This document shows positions 12,873-25,056 of a stretch of 64,000 nucleotides of DNA, in pieces (position 1 is the first letter of the stretch; each line of letters starts with the position of its first letter). Under the pieces are notes generated by a model, which saw only the letters and a program-made list of their open reading frames with translations, did not search any database and was not told the origin of the DNA. A program made the position numbers and the translations under genes. The DNA is taken from assembly GCA_002104905.1 (NCBI GenBank), contig MCFE01000411.1:1-64000 (forward strand). Direction: 5' to 3'. This stretch comes from Basidiobolus meristosporus CBS 931.73. Its lineage: Eukaryota; Fungi; Basidiobolomycota.

Positions 12873-14554
12873 ACATGAACAACATTCTGGATTACACTGT
12901 TCTGGGTACCTGAAAAAATTGGTGAAAATATTTCAAACTCCAACAAAGTGTAAGGGTCATAAGCTAGATCTAAGTGGCTGAGCTGTTGTAAAGCATCAGG
13001 TATACATACTTGGCTTGTACTCTCTTTGAAAACCCTATTATCTCCACAGTTACAAAGAGTTGTCAGATAAACTGACATGTTCACAACTTCATCTAGTTGA
13101 GAGCACTACAACAGTTAAGTGCATGAATAATCAGCTATATTTCTGCAACAGTCTCACCCTACTATTTATGCATATTATGTTGCAAGCTTTGGTAATCACA
13201 CCTAAATTCTCCATTAACATGGTCACTTGGATCAAAACTTATGAATGTTGGCATTTCTTGCCAGTAAAGTTTCAAAATATGATATAGGCAACCAAGTTCA
13301 TGTTAATATTCAAGTGTAAATATAAAATTTGCAACATAGTTCCCAATCCTTGTTACCAAGCGTTAGGGATTCTTTGTCTATTCAACCTTCCCCAATTGAG
13401 AGAAACCACTTGAAGCATATGATCCAAGTGGGATGTTTGTTTGTGTTCGAAGTGAAGTTGTACTATGCTAGGGATTTGCCAATTCGTGAGGCATGGCTTC
13501 AGCTTCTGGCTGGTGAACTAGTTACGTTACACAGATAAATTGGTGGATGAGCAATTCTTTGCAATGATTAATGGAGCCAATTATGGGCCATTGGAAGGGA
13601 TAAAAATGGAAGCATTGGCGATTTACCGCACTGCATTTCCTAAAAATTCATGGTTACCATACTCAGTGCTGAGGGGAGTCGACTGAATATCTTGACTCTG
13701 GACCTTCAATTGAGATAAGGTGGCTCTGACCGCACATTGGGATGTAGGGCATATTGACCGTTGTACTACTCTGTACACCAATTCTTGTTGTGATGGCTGT
13801 CGAGTATTGTAGGTAGCCGTATATACCACATTGGTTTCTATGCATACATGAGTTACTCCGCAAAATCTGCACAAACCAAGCCAAACATTGTCATCCAAAG
13901 TGAAAGGGTGGTGGAAATCCAACTATGCACTGGGCAAGGATCAATGCATTGATTCGATTGGAAATAAGCCCATTCTTCATTCGTACATCACATAAAGATA
14001 AGGTCCGATCCGAACAAATATGAGGATGCAACCTTTGGCGTGGCACAGGCTTTGCTGAATATCATAACCGTCGGCGTGGTACAGACCATCAAAGACGTGA
14101 AGGGTAGCATTAGCATGGAATCAAGATTGCCTGAATGAGTCATTGGCTCGAGATTGAGATTGGGAGCGGTATCGATTGGTTGCTTCACGCAGGGTACACA
14201 GTCTCGAGTATATATGGCTTAATATGCTCGATATGCCACATTTGTAGATGAATGCAACCCTGTCATAATCATTCATGAATCCCTTTCTTACGTATCTACC
14301 GCCTGGAATTACAAATCATCGCTTGCGTGATATCCGATAGATGCCCAACCCTCTTATCGGGTCATGTGGCCATGGCAAAGGCGGTACAGTAACTGATGCT
14401 TTTATTCAGCCGGGAAAGGGACAACGACAAGGATAGGGTTGGAAAGGGGAAAGTAATCGATGGGAATTATACAGCATGCTTCGCCAGAAGCCAATTAGCC
14501 AATAGTTGGGAGGGGGGAGGGTTCGAATATTTACGCTTTGGCAACGGGGGACGA

Positions 14555-16236
14555 TCATTTCTGGCGGGAGTGTCCATCATCGACCCAAATGTACTCCTGT
14601 CTGTCTCTCTCGAAACCGTGGCTTTCTATGAATTGTTGCGCCTCGGTTGGACCACGTGATCCGTAGGTGTACTTCAATGGCTCGATGTGCTCTCTTTCGA
14701 TTTGGTGGAGAATAGGAGTAAAGATTCTCCAGGCCTCATCCAGTTCATCATCACGAACGAAGTTCGAGTGATCCCCTTGTAACGCGTCCAAGATCAACGC
14801 CTCGTAGGCCTCGGGGATTCTGACGTCGGAGAATCGGCGTCTGTAGCTAAGATCGAGCTCGGAGATCACCGTGTCCATAGAGAGGCCGGGCTTCTTGTTG
14901 GTGATCTTCATGTAGACCGCCTCGTTGGGTTGCACTCGGATGACCAGCTCGTTGCGGGAATGGTTGGGGAAGATGCAGTTCTCGACGTCTCGGAATTGGA
15001 TTCGAATCTCCGCCTTCTGCTCGTTGAGCGCTTTGCCACACTTCAAGATGAATGGGATGCCCTTCCATCTCTCGTTGTTGACGAACATCGAGGCAACGGC
15101 GTAAGTGGGGGTGTTGGATCCCTTGGGCACGGTCTCGTCATCCAAGTAGCCGGGTTTGGAGCCATCCTCACTACCGACGTACTGTCCGATCAAGATGTTG
15201 TCCTTGGTGATGGGTTCAATGTACTTCAACACATCCACTTTGGCGGTACGAATGTCTTCGGCATCCAGAGAGGCTGGGCTCTCCATGGCAACAAGAGAGA
15301 GGATCTGTAGAAGATCTGGAGCATCAAGCAGCGTTAGGCCAGGTCTATGGAGTTGGAGGGAACTTGGGAAATGACTTACGATTTTGCATGACATCACGAA
15401 TGATTCCGAACTCGTCGAAATATCCACCGCGTCCCTCGGTACCAAATGGTTCCTTGAACGTGATCTGGACATTGTCGATATACTGACGATTCCAGATCGC
15501 ACCCAAGAAGACGTTGGCAAAGCGAAGAGACATGATGTTCTTGACCATCTCCTTGCCCAGGTAGTGATCGATACGGTAGATCTAGGGAAGACCGGAGCTA
15601 TATTAGAAGGATGTCCATGACAACGCTTATCTATCGGATCAGGAACCTACCTCCTCCTCCTTGAAGCAAGCGCCCAACGCGTTCAACAGAACCTTGGAAG
15701 AGTCGAAGTCCTTGCCGAAGGGTTTCTCTACGATAAGGCGGTTGGAACCCTGGGTGGTATATACATTTTTCTTGACCTGTTGGGCCACAGGAATGAATAC
15801 GGAGGGGGGAAGAGCCATGTAGAAGACCCGGTTGGTGTTCTTCCTCTCGCCGGCAAGCTCCTCGAGGTATTGGTTCAGCTTCTGGAACGAGGCGTCCTCG
15901 TCATACTGACCGCTGATGTAATGGAGATGCTCCAAAAAGCCGTCGACCAGGTTGCGCTCACTGGGGATGAACTTCAGGTAGGAGGCGATACGCTTCTTGA
16001 ACTCGTCAAGCTCAAGATGGGAGCGAGCGTAGCCGACGATGTGGGTGTCTCTGGAGAGGAACCGGTTTCTGTAAAGGCCGAACAGGGCAGGGTAGGTCTT
16101 CTTTTTGGCCAAGTCTCCGGAGGCTCCGAATACTACAAGGACAAAGGAAAGTCAATATGCGGTCCCCACCAGGGAAGAAGTATCGATAAGGCTACCCACC
16201 CACAATCACTGTGCTCTCTTGCGTAAGGTTGGTCAT
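14555..16236 (-). CDS. ZWF1: Glucose-6-phosphate 1-dehydrogenase, multi-exon
   Basis: [21 protein letters not shown]; [12 protein letters not shown]; [11 protein letters not shown]; [12 protein letters not shown]; [22 protein letters not shown]; [14 protein letters not shown]; [12 protein letters not shown]. Start placed at ATG 16236; an upstream exon is possible. Confidence 0.95.
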
Positions 16237-18604
16237 CCTAAGCGGGGGTGGAGGAAGGATAAACGGTCGAGGGGAATGAATGAGTAGAGCGCTGGAGGAA
16301 ATTAGGAATTTATGGAATCCGTTACGAAACCGATATAAAAGCCTGGTGCATAATGGGGGCCCAAATCTGACCTTCTCTCCACCCTCACCCTCACCCTCGT
16401 CCTGGTCCTCATCTCGCCAAATATGGGAATCTCGGATTGTCCGTGGTTTGCTGATGGCAATCACCCGCTTGAGCGCATTGAAAAAAATCCATTCGTCATT
16501 GCCAATCGGTCTGGGTGACGTCACCTGACTCTTCACCATGGGTCGCACCGCTGGTGACAAGGATAAGCAGCATTTGACATGTCTGTCACACGCGAGGCAT
16601 ATCTACGGGTTAGAGTTTGTGTGGGCAGATAGATTGGCCAACAAATCGCCATTACTAATCAATTGGAGATGTGGTTCGATTCGGGTTGGCTGGATTTCTT
16701 TGGAAGTCCAGCGAACCGGGAATTCATGCGAGATTTGGGAATGGCTTGGAGTTGGTAAGCGATGGGCCGGCCGATAAGCACTGCGGTTTGCCCGGACAAT
16801 TTTCCATTACTCATCACCAACCTTATCACGGCAATAGTGGTGCAAAGGCCAATTTGGCTTCCGTCGCCGTATCGGTCCCCCGGGATACTGAGGTGGCGTG
16901 ATCAGAAATTCCATGCCCCGGGTAATCTGCTCTGATCGGTGCGGTCGTGAGAGCCTGCCTTGGGTGCTTGCTTGACTGATGTGTGTGTGTTTGTAAGGGA
17001 CGGTTATTTATCTCTCGTGCAGCGCGTGGCCCAATCATGTGCAATCCAGTCCTCTCTTGTCTAGCACCTAATGGTCCGCAAGCAGTCGTGCGTATCGATG
17101 ACCTCTGGATTTCAACTGCCACGGGGATTTTCTTGAGATCCACATGGTGCACAAGTCTGGATGGACCACCGCCTCTTTCTGCCTTCATGGCCAAAGGCGC
17201 TACTCAGAAGCTCCGGTATAGATTGAGGACATGACTGGACTGACTTTTGCGGAGGCTTCATTTCCGGTTTTTTCATTTGGATATGACGAGATGATCGACG
17301 AGCAATCTCCGGTCGGGCAATACGTTCCGTCGTGTGAATGGGACAGGGGAAGTGGATGTGGAAGTGGATGTGGAGAGCGACTGTGCAGCGATTCCCATAC
17401 CGGCTGTCATCGACTGCGCTTGCCGTCCACCTTGGTGCCTTCTCTCCAAAATCGATCCCAGGGTGCAGTCACCGAACCCCTCCAATACATGACGGCGAAA
17501 TCGACAAGATCTCATTTCCCCGAAATGGTTGGAAATGGTAAATAAATGCTCGGTTCCTCAACCAACCACGTTTGAGGCCCAAATGGGCTTGTTCACCCGT
17601 CGCATATTCTCCACCGATTTATCGGTAGATTGGCTGACATATCTTGGGCCGTAGCAGATAGCTAGAGTGGACCACCTGCCGACTTCCACGAGACGATCGT
17701 GTGGAAGGCCCTAGAACATTGGGGGCTGGTTTCCGCAGCGGTTGGCGGAGCTTGGAATCGTATCTGACGAGGTGCGACTGCCAAAATAAGCATGAAACCA
17801 AGGTACACGGTTCGGCAAAGTCTGCATTCATCACCCTTCGCCCAGCCGATTTTGCTGTACGCGTTATCTGGTGTGAAGAACTGGACTCCCATCCCAGCGG
17901 ATGTAGTCCCGGCTCTCTTCGGAAATGGTTGGTCCTGGCCCGTTTGAATTTCATCCGGTTCCCACTCACTCACGACGGAAAGTGGCACCATGGGTGGTTT
18001 GTTGGGTTTACTGACAACCATACGACGGCTAAACCTTCTCCCGGAATCATCTATCCTGGGTTAGCTTTTAGAAGTGGGTTTCAATGTCTTGAAAGTGAAA
18101 AATTTCCGGCATCAGTCAAGAGGCCTGATTCGTCAGTTATGCGGGTGTGACTCCAGGTACTGGGAAGACGCTGTTACTTTATTGTATAGAGGTACTTTTG
18201 GTCAAGCTCTTGAATCGCGGCTAATGTCCGAAGTCCCTGGGGATGATCTCTGTCCCAATGTGTCCACATTTCAGCTAAAAATTAAAAAAAAAAAAGATTC
18301 CGTCATAGTTTGGACAATGCTCATGTTGGTGCTAAGAAATACCCTTCTGTCACAATACCGCCATCAGCGCTAGCTATGGGGATTCAAAGGTATGGGGTAT
18401 TTTGATTACCAAGCTTGGTCCCAAGGCTACTCATAGATTTCAAAATTCTTCTCTACTGATTCTCAAATCGCTGGTTTCTTAACCCATGTTGAGCTTATAA
18501 TCTATGGGCTAGCTCTCGAAGCTAGAAAAGTTTCTGGTGCTGTTATGATAGTTGTGGGGATACTTATAATCACTGGGAGAACAAGTTGATCATATGGTTA
18601 TTAC

Positions 18605-21600
18605 TGTTGTAAGAGTCTTGGATATATTGGAAGTGATTGGGAGAACAAGTAGATTATGTGGTTTTCACTTAATGATTTATTGAATGTAAAAGTGGTATTT
18701 ATACTTTTACCCGGTCTTGGCATAAAAAACACGTAGAATAGGTTAAGAAAGGTCCCAAGAACATGTGTGCAAAGTTTGGGGCTGTTTGGACAACTTTGAG
18801 AATTTTGATGTTCTGGTTTCCTGGTATTTTGGTGAAAATATTCTAAGTAAATCCCAACAAGGAATTTGGTCAGTATTCTCTAGGATTTGAAGGTAATGAT
18901 CTAAGTGACTAAGTTAGGTGAATATTTAGGTGGAATTACAAATTTTTACTACACTCCCACTCAGCTAAATGTTCATACTGACTAGTCCTAATTCTGACCT
19001 AAGATATTCAAACTTGTCTCTAGCTAATGGTTTGGTAAATATGTCTGCAATCATTTCATCTGTAGGACAGTAAACTAAGCTAACTAAGTTATTTTCTATA
19101 GCTTCACGTATGAAATGATGTCTAATATCTATGTGCTTGGTTCTAGCATGAAAAGTTGGATTTCTACCTAATTGTATACATCCTTGATTATATTGAAATA
19201 AAGCAATAGGCATTTTTTGACATAGGCCTAAATCTGTAAAAGGCTTTCTTAACCACATTGCTTTTTTTTGTAGCTTCACAGGCTGCCATATACTCTGCCT
19301 CTGTGGTAGAAAGTACTACAGTTGGTTGCTTTCTTGAATTCCATGAAATTGCTCCTTTACAGTAAAGAAAGGTGTATCCTGTGGTGGATCTTCTGTCTTC
19401 TAAATTCTGTCCCCAATCAGCATCAGAGTATCCCACAAGATCCTGTTCTGAATCCTTATAAGTGTATCTTAGGCTGATATCAGCAGTTCCTTTTAGGTAT
19501 CTAAAAATCCGCTTAACTGCTGCAATATGATCAAATCCACTGTTCTGATTATGTTGGCTGACAACTCCCACCAAATATGAGATATCTGGACATGTTCCAA
19601 GCATGATATACAGCAGACTGCTGGCCATAGATTACTAAGGAAAGTCAGGGCTTTCAGATGGCACCAAGCTCTCTTGATTTGGTTGTGTTTTGATCAAGTT
19701 AAGGTTTGTCTCCATTGGGGTAGCTGCTGGTTTACAGTCTTCCATTTTTTACTTCTTTAGTATATCTTGAATATACTTGGATTGGCTTGGGATGATAGTC
19801 TGGGTACATCTGTCTATGGACAACTTAATCCCTAAGTAGTAACTGAGTTCTCCTATATTGAACATCTTGAACTCCTTAGATAGGCTGGATTTAGTCTCTT
19901 CCAATGTTTCTAGGTTATTGGCAGCTATAATAAGATCTTCCACATATAGAGCTAATAGAACTGGATTTGCTATCTTCTGGCTTATAGTATATACTATAGT
20001 CAGCATTACTCCTTTGGAAACTCAAAGATTCCAAATAAGAGTCTTTCTTGCAATTCCAGGCTCTAGGTGATTGTCTGAGACCATATAGTGACTTTTTAAG
20101 CTTGCAGACCAAATGGGGGTTATCTTGGTCACAAACCCGTCAGGCTGGTCCATATACATGTCCTCATCAAGTTCTCCATTCAAATATGCAGTTTTTATAT
20201 CCATTTGATGAAGAGAAAACTTATATTTGGCTGCAATAACCAATATTAATATGATGGAATTAAACTTGGCTACAGGTGCAAAGGTCTCAGTATAGTCAGG
20301 TCCTTTTGTTTGAGAGTATCCTTTGGCTACAAGTCTTGCTTTGTATCTTTCAATTGTACCATCAGCCTTGTATGTTGTCTTGAAGACCCATCTGCATCCA
20401 ATTGATTTTTGGTTGATTGGTAATTTGACTAAGTCCCAAGTTTGATTTTCCATCAGGGCCATATATTCCTCAGTCATTGCAGATCTCCAAAACTTTGTCT
20501 GAGGGCTATTTAGGGCCTCTTTTACAGTCTGGGGCTTATCAATATGGACTGAATAGGCATAGGCTAAGTTTGTACCCTCATCAGTATAGTAATTTGGGCT
20601 ATTTCTTGTCCAATTGGATCTCCTGGCATTTGATACTGGAATGATCTCTTCTGGGATATTCCTGGGCACTGATTCTGGCTGAACCATGGTTGCAGAGTCC
20701 TCTGGAGTGAAAAATTTTCATTGTTTTGCTCCAATTCAATCCTGACAATTGGTGGACTTGAGATCAAATTTTTGTCATCATCTGATGTCATTTTTTGTGA
20801 ATATTTTGAATTTTCATCAAACAACACATCCCTGGACTTGAACAGCTTCTTTGCTTTGGTATTGTAGAGTCTGTATGCCTTACTCTCATTGCAGTGGCCC
20901 AAAAATATGCATTTTACACTTTTTGGCTCAAATTTTGATTGATTTCTGGGCAGTTTCTTGGCATATGCTGTACACCCAAATATTTTAGATGTTCTGCACT
21001 TGGCCTGTATCCATGCCATGCTTCAAATGGAGTAGAGTCATGAAGTATTCTGTTATAACTCCTGTTTTTCAGATATACAGCAGTGGCAACTGATTCCGCC
21101 CAAAAATCATAGGATAATTTTTGATCATGGATTATAGATCTTGCCATATCAATTATTGATCTGTTAGCATGTTCTGCTACTCCATTTTGCTGTGGGGAGT
21201 ATGGTACAGTAGTCTCTTGCTTTATCCCATGAATTTTGCAAAAGTGGATGAAGAGTTTTGAGGTATATTCTACACCATTGTTAGAGTGTATTTTCTTGAT
21301 TTTTTAACCAGTTTCTCTCTCCACCATGACTTTAAACTCCCTGAGCTTAGACAGAGCTTCTTCCTTTCTCTTCATGAAGTAGAACTATGTGTATCTTGTA
21401 TAATTATCAACAAAAGTGATTAAATACTTCATCCCACCTAAGGATAAATTTTGCATGGGTCCACACACATCTGAGTGAATAACTACTTCTGGTACATAGA
21501 GTACTTCTTTAAAGGTCAGTGTATGACTTCCTTCACTGCATCTAAGGTTTACTTGGAGAGTTCCTTCTCCTACTGCATCAAGTGTTCTATTGTCACCCAT

Positions 21601-22889
21601 GAAAACCTTCTTAATTGGAATTTCTTGATATTGGGTAAAAAGTTCTTTTTGGTGTGTAAAGTGTTGAGATGCTCCAGAGTCTATATGCCACATTTGAGAA
21701 TCCTTGCTTGTGGTCATATTTAGTGAATAGTCTATCTTCAGTTGTTGCAGCATATCCATATTCAGGCTTCTTTTGCTGATTATCTTTCTTTTTGAGACAC
21801 CGGACTGATGTGTGTCCTTTCCTTTTGCAGTAGTTACAAAACAGGTTGCTGTTGCCTTTGTAGGGTCTTAGGTACCTCCTTTGTTGGTTATCATTGCTTC
21901 TTAAAGCATTTTCTTCTTCCTTCTTATTGGCACTTGATTTTCTTGATTCTTCATCAAGGAGCCTTCCATATACATAATTTAAGGTCAAATCTTCAGTTCT
22001 GGACACTAGTGCTGATACAAGGCCCTGAAACCTGTCTGTAAAGCTATTCAGGATGGTTACTATCACATCCTCATCAGCAGTTTGTATGCCCACAGATTCC
22101 ATCTCATCTACCAGCAGGGTAATTCTGTTAAATAAATTTTTCATTTCTTCTCCTGGCAGAATCTTTGTAGTAAAGAATTTTGTCTCAGATACATTTGCTT
22201 AACAGCTGAGCATGACTGGTAGGTGTCTTCTAATGCCTTCCAGGCATTCTTTGTTGTTTTTGCTCTTGAGCATTGAATTAGCAATTTGTCCTTGACATTA
22301 AGGCAAATGTGGTTAAAGGCACTTTGTTCTTTCTTCTGGTACTTTAAGGCTTCCTATCCCACGTTTTTAGGAGGGCATTCTTCTCCCATGACAATATCCC
22401 AAAGGCCTCTTTCTTGTAGCAGCATCTTCATCTTCACCTTCCACACTTGGTACTTAAATCCATCCAACTTTTCGGCAGAGGGAAAATTCCAGTAACAGCA
22501 GTAGTAGACATTGCAGAGAGTGACAGCTCAGGGTTAATAACCTGTTGTAAGAGTCTTGGAGATATTGGAAGTGATTGGGAGAACAAGTAGATTATGTGAT
22601 TTCACTTAATGATTTATTGAATGCAAAGTAGTATTTATACTTTTACCTGGTCTTGCCATAAAAGATACTTAGAATAGGTTAAGAAAGGTCTCAAGAACAT
22701 GTGTGCAAGGTTTGGGGCTGTTTGGACAAGTTTGAGAATTTTCATGTTCTGGGTACCTGGTGTTTTGGTGAAAATATTCAAAGTAAATCCTAACAAGGAA
22801 TTTTGGTCAGTATTTTCTAGGATTTGAAGGTGATGATCTAAGTGACTAAGTTGGGTGAATATTTAGGTGGAAATACAAATTTATACAAC
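18605..22889 (-). mobile_element. Ty1/copia retrotransposon copy 1 (two LTRs, decayed gag-pol, ~390-bp internal deletion)
   Basis: LTRs 18605-18953 and 22543-22889 (last base displaced to 23626). CCHC knuckle CNYCKRKGH; IDSGASQH protease; HSDVCGP integrase; YKARLVAKGYSQ RT; GYSDADWG RNase H; PPT GCTGAGTGGGAG. Confidence 0.95.
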
Positions 22890-23622
22890 AGACTTGTTCC
22901 ATTGGATAGTGCCACATTGAGCCATGAGTAGCAAATAATGCCATAGTGTGCCAGGGAGACCAAGTGAGCCTGTACTTGGCCACAGAGTATGAAACATAGC
23001 TCTCCATCTTCATGCAAAGCAGCCCCTGTGTTTGACCCATTGTACTGAAGAAAATCCATTTTTTGACCTTTTTTTTGGATCAATGTTGTGCGGGATGTGG
23101 ATGAGCACAGAAGGACTGAAGACATGAATCTGGTACTCAATACCCATGGCACTCTGAATCTAGCTTCTGTGGCTTGTATCAAGTCACAAAAATGCATGGC
23201 ACTATCTTGTTCCACTGGTACTATCAGGCACTGTATTTAAATATTAGCCCTAAAGTAAGACCTATATAAAGCACTTATAGTGCCAGATAGTACCAGTGGA
23301 CCAAGATAGTGCCATACATTTTTGTGACATGATACAAGCCATAGGAGCTAGATTCAGAGTGCCATGGGTATTGAGTACCAGATGCATGTCTTCAGTCCTT
23401 CTGTGCTCTTTCACATCCTGCACAACATTGATCCAGAAAAAAAGGTCAAAAAATGGATTTTCTCCAGCACAATGGGTGAAACACAAGGGGTGCTTTGCAT
23501 GAAAATAAAGAATAATGCTTCACACTCTGTGGCCAATTTTAGGTCTGCTATGCCTTTCTGGCACTCAATGGCACTATTTGGCACTCATGGCTCAATGTGG
23601 CACTATCCAACAGAACAAGTCT
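22890..23622. mobile_element. Foldback/MITE-like palindromic DNA element, copy 1 (733 bp)
   Basis: AGACTTGTTC...GAACAAGTCT; arms 22890-23235 and 23276-23622; 40-bp spacer; TSD AAC/AAC. Confidence 0.9.
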
Positions 23623-23626
23623 AACA

Positions 23627-23748
23627 ACTTTATCAAGAGTATAAACACCATACTTTTGATCAATATATTTACAAGTCATTTACATGTAAATCCTATAGCT
23701 CTCCACATCTCCAATACTCCTCAGAATATTGTAACAGGTTATGAGCCC
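23627..23748 (+). mobile_element. 3' part of the 5' LTR plus PBS of a second, related copia family
   Basis: LTR-like tail ending TGTAACA (23736) directly followed by GGTTATGAGCCC (23737-23748); only loosely similar to the main-family LTR. Confidence 0.5.
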
Positions 23749-24136
23749 AAGCTTACTCTCCTCTTGGTGCCTACTTTGCTCTGGATCTGTTTCTGCTGGT
23801 CTGGGGATAGACTTTTGGCACTTTTGTTCTGCTAAAAGTTAAAGATGACTACTGCTGCTAATAAACTGTGTTTATGAGAATTTGCTATGGAGAAGAAGGC
23901 CTTGCCTTCAAAAGATGCTCCCAATAACTATTCAAATGACTTATGAAGATGAGTCTTTTGAACTGGCATGTAAATATGTCAAGAAATATAGTATGTTGGT
24001 GCACTATCACTACCAAAAAAAGTTGCATATGTCTAGCAACTGAGGGTTCAGATCAACAATGAAATGTATTTTTATATGTATACATATGGCCCCAATTGAC
24101 TGTAAGACAAGCTTTTGGATATGATATCATCCTGAG

Positions 24137-25056
24137 CCCTATGAAGATAATTGTGATGATCCCATCAAAGGCTGTCACAAAATTGAATTCCATGATTAGG
24201 AGGTATTGATGCCATTAAGACACCCTACAAAGATAGTTTAGAAAAAATTGCACCTCAGATTTCACAAAAACCTAGGTCAAAACTTTTTGTCACAACATTA
24301 CAGAAGTGGCTTTGGATTGGTTCTCTACCAATTCTCTCACTTTTGGATCCTAGATGCTCATTCACCTCCTACATTTGTGTACATTGATTGAGTGTTGCCT
24401 TTTTTTCACACTCCTTACTTCCTGACTAGGCCAATGATCTTACTTTTCATGCACACAAATTGCTCTATATCAGTTGAAATTTCAGTCTCTATTTAACTGC
24501 TGATTGTACTGACCTATACGAGTCCCTATACCCAACAGTATCACTGAGCCCAACCACACACTCAACAAGCAATTTCATTAAAATCCTGTATTCAATAAGT
24601 ATTTTGACTGTAATGCCCTTTTCCATCACTTTGATGGGAACTGTACAGCTTTATGCCATTGTTCATTCACTGGTTCCCGTATGTCCTGGTTTTCGGCCAG
24701 CACTACAAGGCCTAGCACCACATCTGCCAGTCATAGCAATAAATCCTTGCATTATTCAAGTGCATTTTGTTAAGCACCACTCTTGAAGTGGTGTTGGAAG
24801 TGCTTGGTGTGCCTAGTAATATTCCAAATTCTACTGTAGGCATTATGATGGTCATTTAAGTTCTTGATGTTGTGGCTTTGTCTGTTGGAAGGATATCCAC
24901 TCTGCAACAGAGAATGCAGAGGTTGTGGTAGACACATTAACTTTCTCCAAAAGCTCAACTACCTTGCTGCAGTGTGGCTCAACTGGCTGCACCACCATCT
25001 CTTCTGAGAATAGCTGGTGTCTTATTGTTGATCCTTCTTGGCTATGATGGGACTCA
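24137..25056 (-). mobile_element. CACTA-type element, ORF2-side terminus plus ORF2 tail
   Basis: Starts CCCTATGAAGATAATT; homologous to 33653-33938 and to the reverse complement of 58540-59341. Confidence 0.7.

Noticed and set aside
13560-14400. Small Cys-containing gene (ORFs 13623..13922, 13663..13884)
   Set aside because: No splice-consistent model or recognisable domain.
14531-14557. Cryptic peroxisomal signal in ZWF1 by stop-codon readthrough
   Set aside because: Context is TGA-TCG, not the TGA-CTA readthrough motif, and the extension ends in AKA, not a canonical PTS1.
22890-23622. Foldback element as a non-autonomous derivative of the local CACTA family
   Set aside because: Termini (AGACTTG vs CCCTATG) and subterminal sequence are unrelated.
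22838-23624. Repeated ORFs (MEQDSAMHF.., MCFTHCAGEN..) as a small protein family
   Set aside because: They are shadows of the palindrome arms on both strands, with frame-breaking differences between copies and no domain signature.
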